Positions 1 through 9,923 of a stretch of 20,000 nt of DNA are shown piece after piece. Origin of the DNA: an uncultured virus (IMG/VR IMGVR_UViG_3300030060_004020) (lineage: Duplodnaviria > Heunggongvirae > Uroviricota > Caudoviricetes); the IMG/VR virus record IMGVR_UViG_3300030060_004020, positions 58,325 through 78,324 of that record; one strand, given 5' to 3'. Position 1 is the stretch's first letter. Each line of letters begins with the position of its first letter. The position numbers and the translations under genes were made by a program. A model generated the notes under the pieces. The model searched no databases, was not told the origin of the DNA, and was given only the letters and a program-made list of their open reading frames with translations.

Positions 1-133
1 TTCTACGAAGTGCAGGTTTAGTATAATTACCCGCTTGATTTACTGTTGATTTTCTCTTAGGCTTTTTTCTTTTTTTACGGGCTTTCTTGCCTCTTCTACC
101 GGATTTTCTTTTCAAAATTTCTTGCCAACTCAT
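1..133 (-). CDS. Small basic protein, truncated by the window edge; W-leader; DUF5872-like motif
   Basis: Manual translation: MSWQEILKRKSGRRGKKARKKRKKPKRKSTVNQAGNYTKPALRR. The VNxAGNYTKPxLR motif is recalled from DUF5872-like phage proteins. Start overlaps the upstream stop (ATGA). Confidence 0.7.
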   Translation of the reverse strand, partial: MSWQEILKRKSGRRGKKARKKRKKPKRKSTVNQAGNYTKPALRR

Positions 134-276
134 ACTTTCATCCCCTTTGGTTTACCCGCTTGCTCCCAACACTTTCTACAAAATCCAAATGGGTGAACAT
201 CTTTAACAGTAAAACATCTACCACAATACTTGAATTGTAGTTTCTGTTTACTAATTACCCATTCTTTTGTATTCAT
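130..276 (-). CDS. 48-aa zinc-finger protein (CxxC...CxxC)
   Basis: Manual translation: MNTKEWVISKQKLQFKYCGRCFTVKDVHPFGFCRKCWEQAGKPKGMKV. Fills the gap between its neighbours. Confidence 0.7.
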   Translation of the reverse strand: MNTKEWVISKQKLQFKYCGRCFTVKDVHPFGFCRKCWEQAGKPKGMKV

Positions 277-280
277 ATTA

Positions 281-2524
281 TCACATCTTGTCTATTAAGT
301 AAGCAACATGGTGGCTTAGTTTATCGTCGGGGTATTCTTTTAATTCATCAATAGTAATCCATTTGTAATCACTATGTTCAAACGATAGAGTGGGATTCCA
401 GTCATCATCTACTTCTATCCTAAAACAATGGTATTTCTTTGGTGGTTTCATATTCCTATCAAAGTGAACGCCTAATTTAGATGAAGGTTTTTTCTTTAAT
501 CCTAACTCTTCACCTGCTTCAATCATACAAACTTTTTCTGCATCGGGAGTTCCATCAGCATTAAACTCATCAAGTTCTTCTACTTTACCTCCGGCAAATT
601 CCCACATACCTATCATAGTATCTTCTTCGGGAGAACGCTGAACAATTAAAACTTTATCTCCTTTGAAAACTGCCGCACCTGCCGCATGTCTAACACCATC
701 TTTATCCAATAAGAATTTCTTTTTGTTGTTTCCTTTAGCATACCAAGAAAGACCCTTATCTTCCATTTCCGACTTTTCAATAGTAGTTCCCGTAATAAAA
801 TCATCAATTGTATAGTTTTTATCAACAGAACCAACGGCTTTTCCGTAGCCTATATTCAACGCTATCTGCATTATCGCTTCAGCAGTTGGTTCTTTTCTTT
901 GCGGTATTCTAACTAGTTGATTATAAAAATGAGAAGGCTTTGCACCATCATCATCAAAATCATCGGACTTATCATCTAAGTTTACCTTGCCATCTTTGAT
1001 AGGGGTTTTCCATTCATAGTTCAGTGGCTCTTTACCAAACTCTTTTTCTATTTTTGGTATTTGCTCATTCCACCATTTTCTACCATCAAAGTCTTTATCT
1101 TGTCTTAAGAAACCTTCAGCATCTTTTTTTAAATCCTCAAACATTTCATCCAATTCATCCATGCTCGCTTTGATAATAACTCCGCCAATGTTTTCCATAC
1201 TATCCATTATAGACATCTTACAGTTATCTTTGTATTTCTGTATGTTATCAAGATATATTCCTTCTTTTAGCCAATCGAAACCTACATGGTCTTTGTGATT
1301 CTCCCACTTCATTAACTTGAATATCTCATCGCATCTTTCTTTATACCAATCTTGTTTTTTGTAAGACTTCTTCATTCGTATAAGTTCCATAAGCAATTTA
1401 GCATTGCCTTTCTTTAGTCTAAAATGAGGAAGGCATTTTTCCAATAAACCATAAACATCATCTTGAGAATAAAAGTTTAATCTTTGAACAGGTCTAGTTT
1501 GTTGAGGAGACTTTTGATTTAGATGTAACTTACCGAAACCTATGCTCTTGTGCATTTCTTCCATGAATGCTCTACCTCTTTCTCCTGTGGCAATAAGTCC
1601 GACTCTAGGGTTGTGGTTTCTATCCATTGTGATATAACCATCCGAATCAATAAAAGCCGCAGTATAAGCCCAAATATTTTTCTTAAGCATTGTTGGTAAT
1701 TTATAATATGCCCCATCAACATTAGCAACATCTAACTTCTTTACCATTTTAGAAATCATATTTGTTGTTGTGCTTTTATGCAAAGTGTTTGGCATTCTAT
1801 CATGTATTTGTTTAGCACCGATAGAAGGACTCTTGATAATTTCACTTTCAATAAATGACATGATTCTTTCTTTCTTGCTCTTAGTGATAGATTGGTCTGT
1901 AATGTTTTTTATCTGTTGCTTGTAGTCTCTTTTAGCAACTCGACATTCTTTTTCTAATTGAGCATATTCTTTAGAGTAAACCATATCTGTTTTCTTTAAG
2001 TCACCCTCCCAATACTTGCATATTGCATCAATAATATTTCTTCTACCATTTACAGAATCAATCTTATTTATTTTCATTAGGTCTTTCTCACTAAAGCCCA
2101 TCTTAAGTATTGCAGGTTTGTATGGTTTAATCCAATAAATAGAATCTATGCATTTGTTGATATGGTCGGAGTAGCCATCAATAACAGTATCAATGGCCTT
2201 AGCCATTCTAGTTCTTTGCTCTCCCTTTAGTTTTCTTCGAGCCTTTCTCATTTTCTTTACGAGGTCGGGTATGTTTTCACCATCAATAGAATATTCACTT
2301 GGGAAAGAACTCAATTGTTTTCTAGCATCACTAGCGTTAATGTTTAGATTCTTAGATAGTAAATTTACTGCTTCATAATCCGACATAATATAATCATTAA
2401 CAGAAGCAAGTTTAGTTCCTAATACTTCTTCCATTTCATCCTTAGTATCTTCTTGTTCTTCTTCGAGTTCAGCGAGCCTAGCCATGTTTTGTGAACCTTG
2501 TCTATACTCTTCTGCTGTTGGCAT
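281..2524 (-). CDS. Multidomain protein: helical N-terminus, possible wHTH, single-motif LAGLIDADG domain, C-terminal Nudix hydrolase
   Basis: WAYTAAFIDSDGYI, FGKL and LPHFRLKK fit LAGLIDADG. AAGAAVF-VLIVQRS-WEFAGGKVE...EAGEELGL-LSFEHSDYKW fits Nudix. AGGTGA SD upstream. Confidence 0.85.
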   Translation of the reverse strand: MPTAEEYRQGSQNMARLAELEEEQEDTKDEMEEVLGTKLASVNDYIMSDYEAVNLLSKNLNINASDARKQLSSFPSEYSIDGENIPDLVKKMRKARRKLKGEQRTRMAKAIDTVIDGYSDHINKCIDSIYWIKPYKPAILKMGFSEKDLMKINKIDSVNGRRNIIDAICKYWEGDLKKTDMVYSKEYAQLEKECRVAKRDYKQQIKNITDQSITKSKKERIMSFIESEIIKSPSIGAKQIHDRMPNTLHKSTTTNMISKMVKKLDVANVDGAYYKLPTMLKKNIWAYTAAFIDSDGYITMDRNHNPRVGLIATGERGRAFMEEMHKSIGFGKLHLNQKSPQQTRPVQRLNFYSQDDVYGLLEKCLPHFRLKKGNAKLLMELIRMKKSYKKQDWYKERCDEIFKLMKWENHKDHVGFDWLKEGIYLDNIQKYKDNCKMSIMDSMENIGGVIIKASMDELDEMFEDLKKDAEGFLRQDKDFDGRKWWNEQIPKIEKEFGKEPLNYEWKTPIKDGKVNLDDKSDDFDDDGAKPSHFYNQLVRIPQRKEPTAEAIMQIALNIGYGKAVGSVDKNYTIDDFITGTTIEKSEMEDKGLSWYAKGNNKKKFLLDKDGVRHAAGAAVFKGDKVLIVQRSPEEDTMIGMWEFAGGKVEELDEFNADGTPDAEKVCMIEAGEELGLKKKPSSKLGVHFDRNMKPPKKYHCFRIEVDDDWNPTLSFEHSDYKWITIDELKEYPDDKLSHHVAYLIDKM

Positions 2525-2534
2525 TTATATCACC

Positions 2535-3965
2535 TTAAAAATTAATTCCCATAACTCCTTGAGAGCGTTTATACTTATTGACCTTTGGCGGGTCAAATAG
2601 TCCCATGTCATCTAAGAGTATGAATGTTTCACTCATTGTATGGGTGGCGGCATTAGCCAATGCTAAACTCATAACCATGTCATCATGCGCTCCTATACCC
2701 TCAAACTTTCCTTTGTCTGTAATAGCAAACATAGATAGTTCTTCAATCAAAGTAGAAGTAACTCGACGGCTTTCTTCATTAGCGTAAGGTAATATTATCT
2801 TACCATTCTCAAAATTCATTTGTAAACTTAGAATAATCTCTTCTTTCTTTTTTCTAGTAGTATTAAAGTCATGAACATTTAAGTCTGTAACATTTCTAAT
2901 CTCTTGTGTAAATGATTTAGCAAATGTATTTGTTTCAAACAATATTGCTTCGGGCTGAAACACTTTACCAATTAATTTCACCTTCTGTATGTTCTCTCTA
3001 AACTCTACATTCTTAGAACGGTCAATAAACACAATAGTTTTATTATCATTTTCATCTACCTCTAATACAGTAATTACATTGTAGTCACCATCAGTAGAGA
3101 TAGCGGGGTCAATGCCAACATAGTATTTGTAGCCCTCTCTACGCATGGGTTTCAAAACATGGTCTTTGCTTTTTGCCGCTTCTAAATATTCGGGATTAAA
3201 TAGAGAAGTTCCCGTAGATATAGGAACACACATATATTCTCTTGTAAACATTAGAGAGCCGACTTCAGCCTTTCTCGCCATAAGAGCATCATAATCCCAT
3301 CTGTTCGGCCATAGCGGTTCATTAAGAGCATTAAGACAGGGGTATGTTCTAAGAGTATATGCAGGGTTTTCAGCGAGTTGTTGGTAAATATCTGTATAAC
3401 TAAATGGAGTTCCAATAACTCTTAGAGAAGCAGTATGGTGAAGTGTTGGTATCATGTCACCATAAAACCAATCTGTAACCTTTTGAATTCCTGTCATACT
3501 AAACTCTTTCAACGGGTCATCAATAATAATCTCTTGAGGGTGAAGACCACGAATCTGTGAGCCAACAGAACGCTCTAAGATTTGATTACCATTAGTAAGT
3601 GTGATATTTCCAATTGCCCAACCCTTTGCCGGTTTGTATTTTTTTAACATTGGATGATTGAATAGTTTATCTATGTCTCTCATGTGAACCAAAGTCTGTT
3701 TTTGGTTAGAGGAAATATATAGCATTTGATATGGTGGTTCTCTAAAGACTAAATTCCATACAACCCAAGCATGCATAAATACTGATTTACCGTGACCTCT
3801 TGAACAAATAATAACAGTCCTTTGTGTATCGTTCATCAAGTCATGCCACTCTTCTTGATGCTTGGCAAACTCCCAACCTAAAACATTTTGAAAGAAATAA
3901 GGAAATGAGTTTTTGGATAGTTCCATATCCATTTGATGCTCAAAGTTAAATGCGTCTATATCCAT
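2535..3965 (-). CDS. terL: Terminase large subunit
   Basis: Walker A SRGHGKS, Walker B IIIDD, coupling motif IGTP, nuclease motifs GIDPA and HDDMVMSLALA. Confidence 0.95.
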   Translation of the reverse strand: MDIDAFNFEHQMDMELSKNSFPYFFQNVLGWEFAKHQEEWHDLMNDTQRTVIICSRGHGKSVFMHAWVVWNLVFREPPYQMLYISSNQKQTLVHMRDIDKLFNHPMLKKYKPAKGWAIGNITLTNGNQILERSVGSQIRGLHPQEIIIDDPLKEFSMTGIQKVTDWFYGDMIPTLHHTASLRVIGTPFSYTDIYQQLAENPAYTLRTYPCLNALNEPLWPNRWDYDALMARKAEVGSLMFTREYMCVPISTGTSLFNPEYLEAAKSKDHVLKPMRREGYKYYVGIDPAISTDGDYNVITVLEVDENDNKTIVFIDRSKNVEFRENIQKVKLIGKVFQPEAILFETNTFAKSFTQEIRNVTDLNVHDFNTTRKKKEEIILSLQMNFENGKIILPYANEESRRVTSTLIEELSMFAITDKGKFEGIGAHDDMVMSLALANAATHTMSETFILLDDMGLFDPPKVNKYKRSQGVMGINF

Positions 3966-3973
3966 AATCCCAC

Positions 3974-4717
3974 CTACTGATATAGTTCTCCCTTTCTTCT
4001 TTGAATAATCTTATTTAGTTCTTCTTTTAGTTGTTTACCATCTCTATATTTATTCTCTATTATATCAACAATTTTTCTAAATAGTTTCATAATATCTTTA
4101 TGTTCAGCACCCTCTCCCATATAGGCAATCGTTTGTATTATATTTGTTATAGCAATCCAATCATGCCCTGCTCCTCTATCTAATCTTCCGTGCATTTCAT
4201 ATATTGAATTTATAAAAACTTGCATCCATTCTTCCATTTCATTTAATGGAGTAAAACTTTTTTTTAATACCATCTGCCATTTCTTTATCCCGAAGTCTTC
4301 TCCATACCTATTTCTAAACTGTTCTATTAATTTAGAGTCTATACCCATTTCATCTTCGGGAGGTATGTCGAAATTATACACTTGTCTATTCTTTTCTTTC
4401 CAAGTTTCATTGGGTATTGTCTTTGCCTTGAATCCTGCAATCTTAGGCTTATCTCCTATTAACTCCAATCTTTTTTCGGACATCGGCCTCCAACTTTTTG
4501 AGTCTTCTTTGGATTTCATTCCGCCCAATATAGCATAAGTTCCCTTATCACTATACCCTGCAATACCAACTACTTTACCATCTACTCTTCTTATAACATA
4601 CTTATCCAAGTCATACCAAACAGGAACACTCCTATTTATTTTATCATCGGGATTATCATTATTCCAAGCACCTTCCGCTTCTGTTTTAGAATGTGGGCCG
4701 GTTACTTCATCAGTCAT
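3974..4717 (-). CDS. Hypothetical protein; possible degenerate GNAT-like N-terminal half; internal W-leader-like motif
   Basis: Start moved to MTDEV, which follows AGGTGATGAT. YVIRRVDGKVVGIAGY...AILGGMKS resembles GNAT strands (weak). Internal KWQMVLKKS. Confidence 0.7.
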   Translation of the reverse strand: MTDEVTGPHSKTEAEGAWNNDNPDDKINRSVPVWYDLDKYVIRRVDGKVVGIAGYSDKGTYAILGGMKSKEDSKSWRPMSEKRLELIGDKPKIAGFKAKTIPNETWKEKNRQVYNFDIPPEDEMGIDSKLIEQFRNRYGEDFGIKKWQMVLKKSFTPLNEMEEWMQVFINSIYEMHGRLDRGAGHDWIAITNIIQTIAYMGEGAEHKDIMKLFRKIVDIIENKYRDGKQLKEELNKIIQRRKGELYQ

Positions 4718-4721
4718 ATCA

Positions 4722-7175
4722 TCACCTAAAGTTAGCCTTAATAAAATACACATGCTCGCTATTTATTCCATATGTCTTACTAATGCTATCAAAAGAATCA
4801 ATCTCATTAACAATACTTACTAATTCACTAGCCGACATATCAACATTATATTTAGTTTCCATTTTTTGTAAGATAGCATCCACATCGTCAAAGTCTTCTT
4901 CATTCCTCTTAGCAAAGAATATCTCTTTTCCTTTGAGTATTCTCAAAGAATCGTGTGCTTCCAATATTCTACTGTAAATAGTGGACTTGGCTATCCTATC
5001 AACTTGCTTCAAAAATTCTAAGGTTTGCTTATACAACGGCTCGTTTTCTGTTTCCAAAACTTTCTGTTTTTCTCTAAGAGTATCTATTAGAATCCTAATA
5101 GGTGTCATTTCATCAACATCATCAATGCCTCGACTTCTAAATGCGTCGGAGGTATCTAATCCCATAAACTTGTCAAGTATTTTTTTACCCGATGACATTG
5201 ATTCTAAGCCGCCAAAAATAGATGCTACATCTTTCTTTATTTGTTGCTTTATGCTAGACTTACCCCTATATATTTCACCAAGAGCATTAACAAAACTCTC
5301 GGCTTTCTTTTCACTTTGTTTTGGGTTTGTGAATATTTCACCGGAGTTTATTGACTCAAGGAAAGGTAGAAGTTTTTTCAATCTTCTTGGTTTAATGAAT
5401 CTACTTTGCGAATCAACAATTTTATCATTCATCGTTCGATAGGCTTGATATTTTTCTCCGGTTATTTGAGTAGAAACTATAATTCTCAAATGACCGTCTT
5501 TCGCAAATGGTAGTGCAACTCCTAATGTATTTTTGGAATGTATTGGCTCTAAAAATAATTCACCTATCATTTCCGATATTTCCTTGAAAAGAGTTTTCAT
5601 ATCTTCTGTTATTTCTTTTGAGGCTCTAACCGTACCTCTTCTTCCCAATGTGGTTTTCATATACTTTTCATACGCTCTATGTTGAAAACCGGAATCCTTT
5701 ACTCCTTTACCTGTCATATCCAAGTATGTTGTAAAGTCAAATAGGGTTTTTTCTTCTTCTAATAATTCAGCAAACAAGCGCAAAAATTCCTGTATGTTTT
5801 CTCTTTTTTCGCTTGCCTTGCTAACTTCCGAACTATACCTTTCTCTTAATGCAGGTTCTTTGAATATTTCAAAAGGTAAAGAAAAAGTGGTTTCGTCTAA
5901 TTTGTCTATTGATTTGATTGTAGCCTTTAGTTTATTTAGAGTAGTTTGTGTATCTTCACCATCTAGTATTTCTTTTACTTCGTCTTTAATTGATAGGAAA
6001 AACTCTTCCACCGTTTCTACAAAATTAACATCATTAAAGGTATCAACTATTCCATCCATTTCGTCTTTCAAATACAAAATAGCCAACGGGTCTAAATCTA
6101 TATCTTCGGGAATTGATTTGGTTTGAGTATTAGAAATAGAGTCTTTGGCAGACATTATATCACTAATCTCTTTCATTTCTTTTTCTTCACCCGTTTCTTT
6201 ATCTTGCACTTTATCGTAGATTAACTCTATATCACTTTCATCAGTTAATGCACTCAACGCTCTAATTTCAGTAAGGAAATTAGTTATCAACCTATCTGCT
6301 CTTTCATATACATCTGCCAACTCATATGTCTTTTTTGTTGAAGTAGATATATAATTTAAAGAGTCTTTATCAAAACCACCTATTAGTTCTACGAAGGCTT
6401 TAGCATCTTCGGCCAAAACTTCATCTTTACTTTCTTGTAGTGGCTCAATCAACTTAGTTAATTCTAATATTTTTGTATGTAAGTCTGCAAACTTAGGAGA
6501 CATATCTTCCCAAAACTGATAAATGTCACCTCTTTTTGATATGTCTTTTAGTTTTTTATTTCCTAGTAAGTAAGCGACATCAATATCTACGATTTTAAAT
6601 TCAAAGAGGCTTTTATCTTCATAAGCACCCTCTATTTCATCTATAATCATCTCTATATTTTTAACAATGGTTTCGTCATCTATTGTGTCTTTTACACCAT
6701 TAAATTTATTCTTCATAATTTTAATATCAAACAAGTCTTCACCATCTTTATCCTTTAGATTTATTGAAGAAGCATCTATGCTCAAATTAGGATTTTCTAA
6801 ATCTCTTTCTAACAAATTACTTCCGTCGGTTTTCTTAATTGTTCTTATGCCTCTACCCTTCTTGAACAATATCTCATCTTTAAAAACTTCAATTGCTGTC
6901 TGTAAGTCGGTGTTATCATCTTCCTCTACTACTCTTCTATCAGCAAGAGTTAGAGTTTTTGCTAGATTTTTCTTAACATACTCAAGAACTGCGTTGTTTA
7001 TATCTCTCTTTACTGCGAACTTAGCACCTTCGGGATATTTTATATTGGCTTTCTTTTTAATTAATTTTTTTAGTTCTTTGTCTCGTTGTTCTAAATTAGA
7101 ATATTCTCTATATATTTCTACGAATTCAGCCTTTATTTCTTGTAAGAATTCTTCGGGGTTGTCTAAGTATTCCAT
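4722..7175 (-). CDS. 817-aa acidic helical protein with HTH-like C-terminus
   Basis: Long ORF with GGAGGAG SD; ends in FDSISKTYGINSEHVYFIKANFR. Confidence 0.8.
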   Translation of the reverse strand: MEYLDNPEEFLQEIKAEFVEIYREYSNLEQRDKELKKLIKKKANIKYPEGAKFAVKRDINNAVLEYVKKNLAKTLTLADRRVVEEDDNTDLQTAIEVFKDEILFKKGRGIRTIKKTDGSNLLERDLENPNLSIDASSINLKDKDGEDLFDIKIMKNKFNGVKDTIDDETIVKNIEMIIDEIEGAYEDKSLFEFKIVDIDVAYLLGNKKLKDISKRGDIYQFWEDMSPKFADLHTKILELTKLIEPLQESKDEVLAEDAKAFVELIGGFDKDSLNYISTSTKKTYELADVYERADRLITNFLTEIRALSALTDESDIELIYDKVQDKETGEEKEMKEISDIMSAKDSISNTQTKSIPEDIDLDPLAILYLKDEMDGIVDTFNDVNFVETVEEFFLSIKDEVKEILDGEDTQTTLNKLKATIKSIDKLDETTFSLPFEIFKEPALRERYSSEVSKASEKRENIQEFLRLFAELLEEEKTLFDFTTYLDMTGKGVKDSGFQHRAYEKYMKTTLGRRGTVRASKEITEDMKTLFKEISEMIGELFLEPIHSKNTLGVALPFAKDGHLRIIVSTQITGEKYQAYRTMNDKIVDSQSRFIKPRRLKKLLPFLESINSGEIFTNPKQSEKKAESFVNALGEIYRGKSSIKQQIKKDVASIFGGLESMSSGKKILDKFMGLDTSDAFRSRGIDDVDEMTPIRILIDTLREKQKVLETENEPLYKQTLEFLKQVDRIAKSTIYSRILEAHDSLRILKGKEIFFAKRNEEDFDDVDAILQKMETKYNVDMSASELVSIVNEIDSFDSISKTYGINSEHVYFIKANFR

Positions 7176-9487
7176 TATTTCTCCTCCTTGAATAGTTTTC
7201 CGTCTATCATTTGTCTTAGCAAGTTCTCATCATAGTATAATGTCTTATAGTTCTCCGGCCTATTTGCTATGTCTTCTAATTTCTTCTTTAAAGATTTCTT
7301 AAACAATTCCCTTATTTTGTTTAAATCTTCATTAACTTTATTGGCGAGTTCTTCTATGGCTTCTTTAAGAGATTCATTTTCTAGTGAAAGATTTTCTCTA
7401 GCAATGTCACCGACTATCTCTTTCAAAGGTTTATTTGCTTCAACGGTTATTTCGTTTTCTTCGGCATCTAAGTCCTTTACTTCTACTTTCTTTTTGTATT
7501 CAGCCGCAGGGAATAGAAGTTCTGCCGTGTATAGGGCGACAGCAAAGGCTTGAGACTTATCCATTTTTTTAGACAGTAAATTTTCTATATTAGACTTTGA
7601 TATGACCTTACCTAATGTTTGGTCTTTTGGTAAAGAAACTAATAACTCATAAAACGCCTTAGCAATCTCATTAGAAAAATCATCGGCTGTTATTGGTTCT
7701 AGGTCTTCTAGTTCATCAATAAATTCACCAAGTTTTTCATCATCTTCATCCCACGATTCTTCTTCTTGCATTGTTTCTCTTACAAGGGGTTCTAGTCTTT
7801 TAATGAAGTCTCCTAACTCTTTATTGGTTGTAATGTATTTATTTCCTGCTCTTATCAAGTATTTACTCTTATCATCTGTGTTTTGAGTATCTAGGTTTTG
7901 AGTTCTAAACTTTCCATAAAGGTCTTCAAAGGTATCATCCTCTAAATTTTCTTTACTAAACAGCCATTTTATTACTTCTGCGTCAAACTCTTCAAAGTTT
8001 TCATCTCCGACTAATTCGTTGTATTCTTTTTCTGCTTCTGCTAATTCTTTATCACTTAACTCCGATGTCTTCTTATTTAATGCCCTAGCGACTGTTGCTT
8101 TAGCAGAATCTAACGAATATTTTGCAGTTCTTTTTGATAATCCCTTACTTGCTTCAAAAAAGGCATCCGAACCACTAGTAGTTAGCAATTGTTCAAAAAA
8201 TGGGTGAATTTCTAACTTTCTTGCCCCTCTAGCACCTTTTTGGAACATAAGATTATCAATTTTTTCATTATTTATCTTGAAAAGTAGAGGAGTTTTGTCT
8301 AATTGTCGCTTTGCTCTCTTTTCTCCACGAACTTTTATGCCAAATTGCATTTTGCTTGCTCCTAAGACATTCAAATATGTCTCTACTTGTTTTTCTCCGA
8401 CATTTTCAGCAATCAACTTAGTCAATTCAGCATCTTCCATAGCATAGCCGCCAATTTTTGTTTTATTTTGCAGTTTTTCATCCGAACTCACTAACAATTC
8501 ATACAATTCGGGATAATCAACATAAAAAAGGATTCTTGCTTTCTCATTTGCTCTCATTTTAGCGGCTCTTTGTGAATATTTAGCCGGTTTTAGGTCTTTT
8601 TGCTCTATATCCTTAAATGATTTTTTGCCACCAAGAATAATTCTTTTCTTTGTCCTTGCTTCAGCCGTAAATCCTTGTCTAAATGTCAAACGAACACCAT
8701 CTTTATCAACAAATTTAGATAAAAATTCTTCTTGTTCAATTTTTTTCCTTACGGGGATGTCTACAACCTTACCATAAAGCGTAAGATTTTCGTTTATCTT
8801 GTTTTTTGACTTAAATTTGTTGCTATTTGCTGTAAATTTTTTGAAATCTCCTACCTTTTTAGCATAAACTATACCTTCGATGTTTTCAATTCCAATCACA
8901 ATCAAGGCTTTGTTGAAAATAACACGGTCTTTGAAGAAATCTTGAACACTTACATTACTATCCTTGATACTGTTTTTCAAAACAACGGTCAATTTTTTTA
9001 GATTTTGTTGCCCTATTACCTTTCTTAGTCTATCTTTGCCTCCACCGGACAAATTTTTCTTTTGTTCTTCTAGTGAATTTCTCAAGTCTTGTAGTTGGTT
9101 TGAATTTAGCGTTTCTAAATTAGCATATTTGTTTATTTTTTCTATAAAACTTAAAGACTCAACAACTCTTTTTTCTTTACTATAATCTCTTTTAGTGGCC
9201 ATGTGTTTTTCCATAACCTTTGTGAATCTTTCGTAGACTTCCTCTAGCCTGTCTTTGTATTTTCTGTATGCCTCATTGAAATTTCTACGAAAAATATTTT
9301 TAAATTCTGTAACATTTGAGTAAAAATATTCTACTGAACCGGAAGAAGTAGTTTTTCCAAACTTAGACAGAACTTCTCTTTTAGCATCCTTTTTGTTTTC
9401 TGTTTTCTTATCAGAAAGCATGTCTTGATAAGTAGAATCACCCATCAAAAAATCCCAAAAGAAAGAAGCAGGAAAAGGAAATACCAC
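7175..9487 (-). CDS. 770-aa hypothetical protein (basic N-terminal half, acidic C-terminal half)
   Basis: Long ORF; GTG start after AGGTGG; stop overlaps the next start. Confidence 0.8.
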   Translation of the reverse strand: MVFPFPASFFWDFLMGDSTYQDMLSDKKTENKKDAKREVLSKFGKTTSSGSVEYFYSNVTEFKNIFRRNFNEAYRKYKDRLEEVYERFTKVMEKHMATKRDYSKEKRVVESLSFIEKINKYANLETLNSNQLQDLRNSLEEQKKNLSGGGKDRLRKVIGQQNLKKLTVVLKNSIKDSNVSVQDFFKDRVIFNKALIVIGIENIEGIVYAKKVGDFKKFTANSNKFKSKNKINENLTLYGKVVDIPVRKKIEQEEFLSKFVDKDGVRLTFRQGFTAEARTKKRIILGGKKSFKDIEQKDLKPAKYSQRAAKMRANEKARILFYVDYPELYELLVSSDEKLQNKTKIGGYAMEDAELTKLIAENVGEKQVETYLNVLGASKMQFGIKVRGEKRAKRQLDKTPLLFKINNEKIDNLMFQKGARGARKLEIHPFFEQLLTTSGSDAFFEASKGLSKRTAKYSLDSAKATVARALNKKTSELSDKELAEAEKEYNELVGDENFEEFDAEVIKWLFSKENLEDDTFEDLYGKFRTQNLDTQNTDDKSKYLIRAGNKYITTNKELGDFIKRLEPLVRETMQEEESWDEDDEKLGEFIDELEDLEPITADDFSNEIAKAFYELLVSLPKDQTLGKVISKSNIENLLSKKMDKSQAFAVALYTAELLFPAAEYKKKVEVKDLDAEENEITVEANKPLKEIVGDIARENLSLENESLKEAIEELANKVNEDLNKIRELFKKSLKKKLEDIANRPENYKTLYYDENLLRQMIDGKLFKEEK

Positions 9488-9495
9488 TAAACCAC

Positions 9496-9639
9496 CTACT
9501 TCATAGCATATCTTTCTATTTCATCTATTGCTGTCTTAACATACTTAGGGGCTGACTTCATACTATCTCTTAGTGTTGCTAAGGCTTGAGCAATCATAGC
9601 CTCATCCATATCTTCTTTAATTATATCTTGCCAATTCAT
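9496..9639 (-). CDS. 47-aa W-leader protein
   Basis: Manual translation: MNWQDIIKEDMDEAMIAQALATLRDSMKSAPKYVKTAIDEIERYAMK. ATGA overlap. Confidence 0.75.
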   Translation of the reverse strand: MNWQDIIKEDMDEAMIAQALATLRDSMKSAPKYVKTAIDEIERYAMK

Positions 9640-9905
9640 TGTAATTTCTCCTGCATTTTTCTAGTTATCATAACCATTTCATTATAGAAATCCCTCGCTT
9701 CATCTCTATTTTTTGCATTTTTTATTTTATCATAATATATTTTATATGTTTCAACAAAATCGTTCTGTTTCTTTTTCCAAAATTTATTTGTGATAAAAGG
9801 TCTAATATTGGTTTCCATGTTTTCTATTTGGTTTTGAATCCATTGGTAGTCGGGGTTTGATGCTCTTTCCCTAATGCTAAGTTTAACAATTTTTTCCCAA
9901 CTCAT
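9636..9905 (-). CDS. 89-aa W-leader protein
   Basis: Starts MSWEKIVK; ATGA overlaps on both sides. Confidence 0.8.
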   Translation of the reverse strand: MSWEKIVKLSIRERASNPDYQWIQNQIENMETNIRPFITNKFWKKKQNDFVETYKIYYDKIKNAKNRDEARDFYNEMVMITRKMQEKLQ

Positions 9906-9923
9906 TGTAATTTCTCCTGCATT
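9636..9923. repeat. 22-bp exact direct repeat flanking the 89-aa gene
   Basis: TCATTGTAATTTCTCCTGCATT at 9636-9657 and 9902-9923; both genes end MQEKLQ*. Confidence 0.9.

Noticed and set aside
1300..1700. Intein or group I intron around the LAGLIDADG domain
   Set aside because: The reading frame is continuous, with no recognisable intein splice-junction blocks or intron core motifs.
646..1731. Nested minus-strand ORFs 646-834 and 1540-1731
   Set aside because: Short alternative frames inside the 747-aa gene with no supporting features.
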